Source: Streptomyces sp. CNQ-509
Lineage (GTDB): Bacteria > Actinomycetota > Actinomycetes > Streptomycetales > Streptomycetaceae
Assembly (NCBI RefSeq): GCF_001011035.1
Contig: NZ_CP011492.1
Coordinates: 7,672,951-7,704,950, forward strand
Length of the DNA: 32,000 bases
Reading direction: 5' to 3'
The notes beneath the pieces are model-generated. The model was not told the DNA's origin, made no database searches, and was given only the letters and a program-made list of their open reading frames with translations. Numbering within the stretch: the stretch's first letter is position 1; every line of letters begins with the position of its first letter. A program made the translations under genes and the position numbers. Of the stretch, positions 1-8,408 are shown one piece after another.

Positions 1-247
1 TCGATCGCGTTCGTTGAGCAGATGACCTTGCGGATCTCCACGTCGAAGGACAGGAACGGTACGAACTCGGCCCAGCCGTTCTCCCAGAGCCGGTGATCGC
101 CGGATACTTCTTGCCCCAGGTCTCCGGAGAACTCCAGGAAGCGGCTGGTGGCGGCGTCCTCGCTGGGCGCGGTGCAGACCGGCTTCACGTCCTTGGCGAG
201 CTTGTCCCAGTCCGCGCGGGAGGCGTATCGGAAGCTGTTGCGGATGA
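1..247 (-). pseudogene. C-terminal part of IS256-family transposase, separated from its N-terminal part by the nested IS; also runs off the window edge
   Basis: Minus-strand reading gives HLIRNSFRYASRADWDKLAKDVKPVCTAPSEDAATSRFLEFS...WENGWAEFVPFLSFDVEIRKVICSTNAI, typical of IS256-family transposases; continues the reading from the 2409..3297 fragment. Confidence 0.85.
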
Positions 248-250
248 GGT

Positions 251-2405
251 GAAGCCGTCAAGAAACAACCTGGTGGTTGTCGGTGCCGTCGCGGACCGCA
301 TCGAGTGCTTCGCGGGCGGTGATGTATCGGTGTGGGGAGGTGGCGATGTCGATGCGGCGGTCGTCGAGGATGGGCTGGACGTCTCGGATCGCGTTCCACA
401 GGGTGCTGCGGCTGACGCCGAAGAGCTCGGCGAGAGCGTCGAGGGTGCAGACACGCCGGCGGTGAAGGAGGGTGGCGAGGATGCGGTCTCCGTCGGTGAT
501 CTTCTGCCGGAAGACGCCTCCGCGGGTTCCGGGACGGCGGTTGCCTCCGCGCTGTCGGTGGCGTCGCCGCTCGATGGCCGCGGCGTAGGGGACGATGAGT
601 TCCTCGAGGAGCTGGTGGAGTGCTTCGCGTTCCAGGCCGGTGAGGTGGGGGTCGGTCAGGGCCTGTTGTTGCGGGGAGGTCATCGTGGCCGGAACATCGG
701 TGACGCCATCGAGCCAGTCACGCAGGTCCTGGGCCCGGGTGAAGTAGCGCACGACGGTGGGGGTGATCGTGATCTTGAGTTCGTCCAGGAGCTGTCGGGT
801 GGCCTTGATGGCCTGGCCGATGGTGACCGGGTTGATGCCGAGCAGGTCGCAGAGCACTTTCTGCGGGCAGACCTGCCGCAGGTAGAGGACGGTGATCAGG
901 ACTTCGTCCTGATCACCGAGCAGGGCCCGGCTTCGGCCGGTGGTGGCCACGCGGCGTCCGCCGCGCAGGACGTAGCGGTGCTGTTCGGCCCTCGCGGCCT
1001 GGGCGGGTGCCAGGCGGGCGTGCAGTTCGCGCAGTTCCCCGGCGGTCATGCCGGTCAGGCGCGGGTCGGCCAGCATGGTCAGGGTCTGCCGCCTGGCGGC
1101 GGCGCTGTCGTCGGCACCGGGAACGGGGGCGGCTGCGCCGGTGGGGGCGATGCTGTAGTTCCATCGGCCGTGCCGGTCGTGCGGCGTGATCGGCAGGGCC
1201 TTCAGCTGGTCGCGGGTGATGGAGATGCCGGTCGGGTAGGAGCCGGTGTCGAGCATGGCCTCGACGCGCAGTCCGGTGCGGGTTGTGGTCGCGGCGATCG
1301 TGTTGAGGACCACGTCGTGGCTGGTCAGCGGGCGTCCGCGCCAGTTCAGGGTGATGTGGGAGAACAGCCGGTGCTCGATCTTGTTCCACTTCGAGGTGCC
1401 CGGCGGGAAGTGGCAGACGGTGACGGTGAGTCCGGACTCGGCGGCGAAGGCGGCCAGTTCGGCCTTCCATACCCGGTAGCGGTAGCTGTTCGAGCCCCCG
1501 GCGTCCGCGGTGATCAGCAGGCGGCTGGCCTGCGGGTAGTCGTGCCGGCCACGCTCGTGCCACCAGCGGCGGATCGAGGAGGCGGCGAATACGGCGGTGT
1601 TGTGGTCGGTGCCGACGTTGACCCAGCCGGTGTTCGCCGTCATGTCGTAGATTCCGTACGGGATCACCGCGTCCACGTGCGGCCCGGCGAAGAAGCTGTG
1701 ATCCTCGACCGCGAGCGGCTGCTTGCCCGGCCGCCACTCCCGCCCGGCCATGGGCAGCAGCCCGATCTGTTCCTTCTTCTTGGCATCCACACTGATCACC
1801 GGCTCACTCGCGGCCTGGTGGTCCTTGACCTGCTCGTTGATGTGACGGAACTGCGCGTCCCGGTCGGGATGTTGCTCACCTTCCAGGATCTTGGCGGTGC
1901 CCTGCAGGCTGAACCCGTTCTCCTTCAGCAGGCGGCCGACCGTGGGTGCGGTCACCCGATGCCCCTGACGGGACAACTCGGCCGCCAGATGCCGCAGCGA
2001 CTTCGTCGTCCACCGCAGCGGCGACACCGGGTCCCCGCGCTCGTCCGGCTCGACCAGCGCCATCAGCGACGGGACCAGCTGAGGGTCGAGGTCCTCGGCC
2101 CGCCTCCGGCCGCCGCCCAAGCGCCGCACCCGCCCCTCGGGCAGCGGCTCGGCCACCGCGAGCTCGGCGATGCCCTTGCGGACCGTCGTCTCGCTGACCT
2201 GGGCAGTCCGGGCCGCGCAGCGGACGCCACCATGCCCGAGGAGCCGGGCCTCGGTCGCCACAGCCAACCTCCGCTGCCTCTCGTTCAGATGCGGGAGAAG
2301 CGCCTCGAAGCGCTGCACCAACTGGCCCCTGACCACCTCGGATACGCCCATGCCCCGCAAACGATCTACCAGTTGAGAAGCAACACGTTGTTTCTTGACG
2401 GCTTC
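251..2405 (-). mobile_element. ISAzo13-like insertion sequence, about 2155 bp, complete ends
   Basis: Terminal inverted repeats GAAGCCGTCAAGAAACAAC (first 19 bp identical at both ends), flanked by a 3-bp direct repeat GGT (248-250 and 2406-2408). Removing the element and one GGT restores IS256 reading ...QTCFIHLIRNSF. Confidence 0.88.
258..2351 (-). CDS. ISAzo13 family transposase with long C-terminal extension (about 697 aa)
   Basis: MGVSEVVRGQLVQRFEALLPHLNERQRRLAVATEARLLGHGG...VISVDAKKKEQIG...TADAGGSNSYRYRVWKAEL...HFPPGTSKWNKIEHRLFSHI. ATG at 2349-2351 lies inside the IR; stop codon at 258-260 lies inside the opposite IR. Confidence 0.85.
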   Translation of the reverse strand: MGVSEVVRGQLVQRFEALLPHLNERQRRLAVATEARLLGHGGVRCAARTAQVSETTVRKGIAELAVAEPLPEGRVRRLGGGRRRAEDLDPQLVPSLMALVEPDERGDPVSPLRWTTKSLRHLAAELSRQGHRVTAPTVGRLLKENGFSLQGTAKILEGEQHPDRDAQFRHINEQVKDHQAASEPVISVDAKKKEQIGLLPMAGREWRPGKQPLAVEDHSFFAGPHVDAVIPYGIYDMTANTGWVNVGTDHNTAVFAASSIRRWWHERGRHDYPQASRLLITADAGGSNSYRYRVWKAELAAFAAESGLTVTVCHFPPGTSKWNKIEHRLFSHITLNWRGRPLTSHDVVLNTIAATTTRTGLRVEAMLDTGSYPTGISITRDQLKALPITPHDRHGRWNYSIAPTGAAAPVPGADDSAAARRQTLTMLADPRLTGMTAGELRELHARLAPAQAARAEQHRYVLRGGRRVATTGRSRALLGDQDEVLITVLYLRQVCPQKVLCDLLGINPVTIGQAIKATRQLLDELKITITPTVVRYFTRAQDLRDWLDGVTDVPATMTSPQQQALTDPHLTGLEREALHQLLEELIVPYAAAIERRRHRQRGGNRRPGTRGGVFRQKITDGDRILATLLHRRRVCTLDALAELFGVSRSTLWNAIRDVQPILDDRRIDIATSPHRYITAREALDAVRDGTDNHQVVS

Positions 2406-2408
2406 GGT

Positions 2409-3297
2409 GGATGAAGCAGGTCTGCACGATGGTGCGGGGCCAGACAGTCTCCACCGCATCAGGCAATCCCTTGAGCTGGTCGCAGACCAGCATCAGCACG
2501 TCGTTAAGGCCGCGGTTCTTCAGCTCGGTGAAGATCTGCCGCCAGAACTTCGCGCCTCGCCGCCGTCGCCGGCCCAGATCCCGAGGATGTCGCGGTGGCC
2601 CTCGACGGTCACGGCCATCACGACGTAGACCGGCCGGTTGGCGACCTGCCCGTCGCGGATCTTCACGTGGATAGCGTCCACGAACAGCACGGGGTAGACC
2701 GTCCCGAGACGAGCGGCCGGTTCTGCCACTCGGCCATGCCGTCCATCACGCTGTCGGTGATCGTGGTGATCGTGGTGATCGTGGTGATCGTGGTGATCGT
2801 GGTGATCGTGGTGATCGTCGACTTCGACACGCCCGCGCCGTAGCCCTCGGACAGGTGGGCGGAGATCTCGCCGTGCGTGAGGCCCTTGGCGGACAGCGAC
2901 AGCACCATCTCGTCCACCCCGGTCGGCCGCCTCTGCCGCTTCTTCACGATCTGCGGCTCTAGGCTGCCCTCGACGTCCCGCGGGACGCTGATCTCGACCG
3001 GGCCGACGCCGGCGGTCACCGTCTTCGAGCGGCGGCCGTTGCGGGAGTTGCCGCCGTCCCGGCCGGCCGCCTCGTGCTTCCCGTAGCCCAGGTGGTCGGT
3101 CATCTCGCCATCGAGAGCGGACCCGACGACCCGCTTGGTCAGCTGCGGCAGCAGCCCGCCCTCGCCGGTCAGATGCAGCCCTCGGCCCGGACCCGGTCGA
3201 CCAGCATCCCGACCAGCCGATCGTCCACGACCGGCACCGCGGTGGCATCCCGCCCCGCCAGCCCCTCGTTCCCAACCTCGAGTACAACATCAGTCAT
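2409..3297 (-). pseudogene. IS256 family transposase, N-terminal and central part, multiply frameshifted
   Basis: Start ATG at 3295-3297 (MTDVVLEVGNEGLAGRD). Homologous segments fall in three frames: MTDVVLE..., MTDHLGYGKHEAAGRDGGNSRNGRRSKTV..., and TVYPVLFVDAIHVKIRDGQVANRPVYVVMAVTVEGHRDILGIWAGDGGE; a further frame holds KNRGLNDVLMLVCDQLKGLPDAVETVWPRTIVQTCFIH. Confidence 0.85.
2756..2818 (+). repeat. 9-bp tandem repeat GGTGATCGT x 7
   Basis: Seven perfect consecutive copies of GGTGATCGT read directly; on the minus strand it encodes Ile-Thr-Thr repeats (STITTITTITTITTITTITTITDSV) inside the IS256 transposase. Confidence 0.95.
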
Positions 3298-3405
3298 TCG
3301 GTGTCACTCCGTGATCCAGTTCCACCGTCTGTTGTACACGCCCTGGGGGGGGAGGGGGTTGCCGTCGGTCATGGACGAGATCGAGCTGGGCAGCAGAGGC
3401 GTCCG

Positions 3406-3813
3406 CTACTCATCGAGTCTTCCGAGACGGCGGGCATCTTTGATCTCGTGGAGTCTGGCAGCCGTCATCGGGGTCCACTCCCTGCTCTGTCCAGCGGCAT
3501 GGAGGGCTTCTTCAATCTCGCTGAGCTTCGCGGGGGACAACACGCCCACCCGCTCGATCAGGTCGTCCCGGGCCACGGTGGTCAGCCATGTGCAAGGTGT
3601 CAACCCTGGACGCGGGAACGCGAAGCGCAGCACGCCTTCGAAGGGCACTCCTTCCAGGGGGCCTACGGCCACTTCAACGCCGAGGCCGCTGATGTCGACA
3701 CCTGCTGGAGGGACGACCTGCATCGCCTGGAACCCGGATGACTCCTCGTCCGACAGCAGCACGACCGGGCGTCGCTCGTCGAAGGCGACCCACCAGACTT
3801 CGCCGCGTTGCAT
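3406..3813 (-). CDS. MazF/PemK-family toxin-like protein (135 aa)
   Basis: MQRGEVWWVAFDERRPVVLLSDEESSGFQAMQVVPPAGVD... matches the MazF/PemK N-terminal signature (RGEVWW/V...RPVVLLS). GGAGG Shine-Dalgarno upstream of the ATG at 3813. Confidence 0.75.
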   Translation of the reverse strand: MQRGEVWWVAFDERRPVVLLSDEESSGFQAMQVVPPAGVDISGLGVEVAVGPLEGVPFEGVLRFAFPRPGLTPCTWLTTVARDDLIERVGVLSPAKLSEIEEALHAAGQSREWTPMTAARLHEIKDARRLGRLDE

Positions 3814-4025
3814 GTGTCCTCCGTAGGTTGTTAGGTGGCCCGGGAGGGCCGGATGTGGCTTATGTGTCCTTGCCTTCAGTGGCTTCCCAGGAGTGGCCGT
3901 CCGGTTCTCCGGGGCGCCCTGGCTGCTGATTGAGATGTGCGCGCTGTGTGCGGTCGCTGATTACGGAGACGACAGCGGGGTGTTCCTCGGGCCGACGACA
4001 TGCCGGATGGTCCGAGGAGGATCGA

Positions 4026-5228
4026 GTGAACGAGCGGAAAGCCCAGGTCTGGGCCGGTGTCGATGCCGGCAGGGGCCACCACTGGGCGGCTGTTGTCGAC
4101 GAGACCGGTGCGACGCTGTGGCCGAAGAAGATCGACAACGACGAGTCCGCGATCCTGACCGCGCTCGGAGAGATCCTCGGCCTGGCGGACGAGGTGCACT
4201 GGGCGGTGGACATTGCCGGCACGTCCTCCGCGCTGCTGCTGGCTTTGCTCGCCGCCCACGGCCAGCGGGCCGTCTACGTGCCCGGCCGCACCGTCAACCG
4301 CATGTCGGGCGCCTACCGGGGCGAGGCGAAGACCGATGCCCGCGACGCCTACGTCATCGCCGAGACCACCCGTCACCGCAACGACTTCGCCACCATCGAC
4401 GTGCCCGCCCAGCTGGCCGCCGACCTCGCGCTGCTGACCGCCCACCGCACCGACCTCGTGGCCGACCGGGTGCGGATGATCAACCGGCCGCGCGACGTGC
4501 TTACCGGCGTCTTCCCCGCGCTGGAGCGGGCCTTCGACTACTCCGCCCACAAGGGCGCGCTGGTGTTGCTGACCGGCTACCAGACCCCGGCCGCGATCCG
4601 CCGCCGTGGCCGGGCGAGGCTGGCGGCCTGGCTGGCCAACCGCGCAGTGCGCGGCGCCGACGCGGTGGCCGCGACCGCGCTGGAAGCCGCCCGAGCGCAG
4701 CAGAGCGCCCTGCCCGGCGAGGACGTCGCCGCGCAGATCATCGCCGACCTGGCGGCACAGATCCTGGATCTCGACGACCGGCTGAAGCGGATCGACAAGC
4801 AGATCCGTGAGAGGTTCCGCAGCCATCCGCAGGCCGAGATCATCGAGTCGCTGCCCGGCGTGGGCCCGATCCTTGGCGCCGAGTTCATCGTCGCGGCCGG
4901 TGACCTGTCGGCCTACGCGGATGCCGGCCATCTGGCCTCGGCGGCCGGGCTGGTGCCCGTCCCACGTGACTCCGGCCGGCGCACCGGCAACCTCCACCGG
5001 CCCAAGCGCTACAGCCGCCGCCTGCGACGGGTCTTCTACCTGTCCGCGCAGACCAGCATCATCCGCGAAGGGCCGAACCGGGACTTCTACCTCAAGAAGC
5101 GCGGCGAGGGCTGCAAGCACGTTCAGGCCGTCATCGCCCTGGCCCGGCGACGAGCCAGCGTGCTGTGGGCACTCCTGCGTGACGGACGAGTCTTCACCTC
5201 CGCCCCGCCGGTCACGCACGCGGCTTGA
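4026..5228 (+). CDS. IS110 family transposase (about 400 aa)
   Basis: VNERKAQVWAGVDAGRGHHWAAVVDETG (DEDD N-terminal domain) ... NRPRDVLTGVFPALERAFDYS ... IIESLPGVGPILGAEFIVAAGDLSAYADAGHLASAAGLVPVPRDSG ... RRTGNLHRPKRYSRRLRRVFYLSAQTSI. Upstream AGGAGG, GTG start at 4026. Confidence 0.9.
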   Translation: MNERKAQVWAGVDAGRGHHWAAVVDETGATLWPKKIDNDESAILTALGEILGLADEVHWAVDIAGTSSALLLALLAAHGQRAVYVPGRTVNRMSGAYRGEAKTDARDAYVIAETTRHRNDFATIDVPAQLAADLALLTAHRTDLVADRVRMINRPRDVLTGVFPALERAFDYSAHKGALVLLTGYQTPAAIRRRGRARLAAWLANRAVRGADAVAATALEAARAQQSALPGEDVAAQIIADLAAQILDLDDRLKRIDKQIRERFRSHPQAEIIESLPGVGPILGAEFIVAAGDLSAYADAGHLASAAGLVPVPRDSGRRTGNLHRPKRYSRRLRRVFYLSAQTSIIREGPNRDFYLKKRGEGCKHVQAVIALARRRASVLWALLRDGRVFTSAPPVTHAA

Positions 5229-5386
5229 CTTCGTCATTGAGACTCCTGGCACGAGCCGGCGGGTGAACCTGCGTGCCCTGAGTGGGACGCGGAAGGGATG
5301 CGGCCCCGGCTTCGCACGTCGTGACCGAGGCGTAGCGAAGAGGGGTGCGGCCACCGGTGATCATCGGTGTGTGAAGACTGAAGATC

Positions 5387-6357
5387 ATGCGGTGGGCCGC
5401 AGGCCACAGCGTAGACCCCGCCCGCTGGCAGGAGGCGTTCGAGGTACTGATGGGGCGGATAGCGGGCCGGTTCGCGCGGGTTGAGCCCCGGCGCCGGGTG
5501 AGGGATCCGGTGCTGGGGCTGCTGTCGGACCTGCCGCGCAAGAACTGCTGGTCGACGAGACCGGGGACGTGAAGAAGGGCAGGCACACCGTCGGTGTCCA
5601 GCGCCAGTACACCGGCACCGCCGGGAGGATCGAGAACGCGCAGGTCGCGGTCTACCTTGCCTACGCGGGCCGCCGTGGGCATGCGGCGGTGGACCGTGAG
5701 CTGTACATCCCGCGCTCATGGACGGGCGACCCGGCCCGCTGTCGGGCCGCGGGCCTGGGTGAGGACACCGTCTTCGCGACCAAGCCGGAGCCGGCTGCCC
5801 GCATGATCGGCCGGTTCCTTGACGCCGGGCACCGCGTGGGCTGGGTCGCGGGGGGCGAGGTCTACGGCGGCAACCCGAAGCTGCGGTCCGCGCTGGAAGA
5901 GCGCGGGGTCGGCTACGCGCTCGCTGTCGACTGCTCCGCTGAAGCCACCACCGGTGCGGGGACGTTCCGAGCCGATGCCCTGGCCGCCAAGGTGCCGAGG
6001 CGGGCCTGGCAGAAGCTGCCGGCCGGGGCTGGCGCCAAGGGACAGCGCTTCTACGACTGGGCCGTCATCGAGCTGGCCGACCCCCGGGTCCGCAGCCGCC
6101 AGCTGTTGCTCCTCCGCAATCGCACCACTGGCGAACTGGCCTACTACCGCTGCTGGTCGCCGGCCCCTGTGCCCCTGACCATGCTGGTCCGCGTCGCCAG
6201 GTCGAGATGGCGGGTGGAGGAGACCTTTCAGTCCGAAAGGGCCTGGCCGGACTGGACGAACACCAGTCCGCCGCTTCACCTCGTGGTCTCGCTGGGTCAC
6301 CCTGGCCCTGCTCGCTCACGCCTTCCTCGCTGTTGTTCGCGCTTCTCCGGGTCCTGA
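5387..6357 (+). pseudogene. IS701-like transposase with internal deletion and 3' frameshift
   Basis: LMGRIAGRFARVEPRRRVRDPVLGLLSDLPRKNCW runs directly into (different frame) LLVDETGDVKKGRHTVGVQRQYTGTAGRIENAQVAVYLAYAGRRGHAAVDRELYIPRSWT; segment normally between these motifs is missing. Near the end RWVTLALLAHAFLAVVRAS is out of frame. Confidence 0.8.
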
Positions 6358-6584
6358 TGGGCCCGGGTTCGGTTCTCGATGCGGTTGCGCTGGCCGCGGG
6401 TGATGAGCAGCGCCTGGTCCGATTCCAGCGGTACTTCTTCGCCGTCGACGGGTGTCAGCAACGGCCGTGTGCTTCCTGCCTGCCGCAGGGTCGGCGCCAC
6501 GTTCGCCACGGCGGCGCTGGCGCCCTTTGTCTCAGCCATGACTGGTCCTTTCGCTTTCTGCGGTGTCGAGATCCTCACGACCGG

Positions 6585-6914
6585 TCAGGGGGTGTCAGCT
6601 TCCCAGGTGTAGAAGATGTGGGCCCGGGAGTCCTTCAGCTCCTTCCAGGCGGCGTCGTATGGTGTGAGAAACCGGCCGACGCGTTCGTTGACCTGCTGGA
6701 ACAGCGCGCTGCTCCGGGCCCGGTAGAGGCGGTCCATGATGTCGTCGTCGGCCTCGATCAAGTGCATGTAGAGATCGTGGAACCGGAAGAGCACGCGCCT
6801 TCGCACGCCGATTTCGCGCGGCAGCACGGTTTCGTCGTGCTCGGCGAAGGCAGCCGCCACGTGCGGGGCGTCCGCCGGGTTCATCCTCAGCACCATGAGA
6901 GCGCGATACGCCAT
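6585..6914 (-). CDS. TcmI-like family type II polyketide cyclase (109 aa)
   Basis: MAYRALMVLRMNPADAPHVAAAFAEHDETVLPREIGVRRRVLFRFHDLYMHLIEADDDIMDRLYRARSSALFQQVNERVGRFLTPYDAAWKELKDSRAHIFYTW. Confidence 0.8.
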   Translation of the reverse strand: MAYRALMVLRMNPADAPHVAAAFAEHDETVLPREIGVRRRVLFRFHDLYMHLIEADDDIMDRLYRARSSALFQQVNERVGRFLTPYDAAWKELKDSRAHIFYTWEADTP

Positions 6915-6916
6915 GG

Positions 6917-7255
6917 TCACGCTCCGTCGGGTCGGCCCGCGTCGTACGAGTGGACGACGTCGCAGGAGAGTGGGACAGGCCGGGACACCGACCGGCAGTA
7001 CGCGAAGTACTCCGCCAGCCGCGGGTCGTCGTGCATGGACCGGAAATCCGCTTCCGACTGCCACTGGGCGTAGTTGACGACGTGCTCGCCATCGTGGCTC
7101 AGGTGGAAGCTGGCCGAGACGAACCCGGGCAGGTGGCGGATCAGCTCCTCCGTCACCTGGGCCATGCGATCGCAGAGCTGTTTCTGCTCATGGCGATGCA
7201 CGGGGAAGACGTTGACGAGAGTGAAGAGAGGACTGGCTGCGGAGATGGACGCCAT
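6917..7255 (-). CDS. Antibiotic biosynthesis monooxygenase (ABM) family protein (112 aa)
   Basis: MASISAASPLFTLVNVFPVHRHEQKQLCDRMAQVTEELIRHLPGFVSASFHLSHDGEHVVNYAQWQSEADFRSMHDDPRLAEYFAYCRS; ferredoxin-like ABM pattern (VVNYAQW), immediately upstream of the cyclase. Confidence 0.78.
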   Translation of the reverse strand: MASISAASPLFTLVNVFPVHRHEQKQLCDRMAQVTEELIRHLPGFVSASFHLSHDGEHVVNYAQWQSEADFRSMHDDPRLAEYFAYCRSVSRPVPLSCDVVHSYDAGRPDGA

Positions 7256-7594
7256 CGAGCACCGGCCTTCGTATCGGCGGGGAGCAATTCCGGGACGGAG
7301 CCCGGGAAAGAGCACGCCGGGCGAGAGCGGAACCGGCGCGAGCAACGTGAGAAGCTGAACCCTGCCCAGCGGTATCGGCGATGAACAGACAGCCCGCCTC
7401 GCTTGTGATTTCTCCACAGAGTCCGGTCGAAAACGAGGACACCTACCGGGCCACCCAAGTGGGTGTAATTTTGTGATCAGTCTGATCGGCCCCAGGGGTC
7501 TGCATCGCGTGCCAACCCCCTGCCCACATCGGTCCACAGGCTTGCCGCCAGCAGTGCGGAAGATCGCGGAATGGCTGGCCCACGGCCGGACCGG

Positions 7595-7676
7595 GACGCC
7601 GGATACGTCACCGGTGCGTCGCTCAAGGTGGACGAGGGCCCGGCCGCCTGAACGGCTCGTTCTCCAGCCCTCACCC
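7595..7676 (+). pseudogene. C-terminal relic of a short-chain dehydrogenase/reductase
   Basis: Short reading RDAGYVTGASLKVDEGPAA* resembles the conserved SDR C-terminus (YVTGxxLxVDGG); no upstream Rossmann motif is present. Confidence 0.45.
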
Positions 7677-7862
7677 TCACCCCGGCCGAGGCCGACCGCC
7701 TGCGGCGGACGCTGGGCGAGGGCTGACGGGGGCTGACGGGGGCGGACGGGCGGCGGAGCTGTTCGAATTTTCTCGACGGACCCGGCATAGCGGGGCGGTC
7801 CCGTACGCGTCCATGAGGGTGACAGGCGACCACGAGCCGAGGACAACCGAACACGGGGAACC

Positions 7863-8408
7863 ATGAATGATGAGGAAGAGCGCCGCTTCCGCGAGTTCGT
7901 CGCGGCGCGCTCGCCCGCGCTGATGCGTACGGCGACCCTCTTGACCGGCGGCGACGTACACGCCGCCGAGGACCTGCTGCAGACCGCGCTGGTGAAGGCG
8001 GCGGCGCGGTGGGGCAGGTTGGAGAGTCCCGAGGCGTATCTGCGGCAGGTGCTCTACCGGCAGCAGGTGAGCCTGTGGCGGCTCTTACGCACGCGCCGCG
8101 AGACCACGGTGGCCGAACTTCCCGAAGCCGTGCGCGACGACCCTGCCGACGCGGCCGAGCTGCGGATCCAGATACGCCGGGCGCTGGCCCGGCTCACGCC
8201 ACACCAGCGCGCCATGCTGGTGCTGCGCTACTTCGAGGACGCCCCCGAAAGGGAGGTGGCCGAGCTGCTCGGCTGCTCGGTGGGCACGGTCCGCAGCACG
8301 ACGCACCGGGCCCTGGCCAAACTGCGCAAGCTGGTGCCGGAGCTGGACCCCGGCGCCGCCTCCCGCAGCCCCGAACTCGGCAACTCACCCTCGGAGGTGC
8401 GGAAATGA
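7863..8408 (+). CDS. SigE family RNA polymerase sigma factor (181 aa)
   Basis: FREFVAARSPALMRTATLLTGGDVHAAEDLLQTALVKAAARWGRLESPEAYLRQVLYRQQVSLWRLLR...LTPHQRAMLVLRYFEDAPEREVAELLGCSVGTVRSTTHRALAKLRKL. Confidence 0.92.
   Translation: MNDEEERRFREFVAARSPALMRTATLLTGGDVHAAEDLLQTALVKAAARWGRLESPEAYLRQVLYRQQVSLWRLLRTRRETTVAELPEAVRDDPADAAELRIQIRRALARLTPHQRAMLVLRYFEDAPEREVAELLGCSVGTVRSTTHRALAKLRKLVPELDPGAASRSPELGNSPSEVRK

Noticed and set aside
93-2414. Plus-strand 773-aa ORF
   Set aside because: Antisense shadow of the ISAzo13 transposase; low-complexity Gly/Val/Asp-rich translation typical of high-GC DNA and it crosses both IS ends.
5295-5350. Short hairpin CTTCGC...GCGAAG between the IS110 and IS701 genes
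   Set aside because: Only a 6-bp stem with a long loop; not enough to call a terminator or element end.
3876-5354. Minus-strand 492-aa ORF
   Set aside because: Antisense to the IS110 transposase, with no recognisable motifs.
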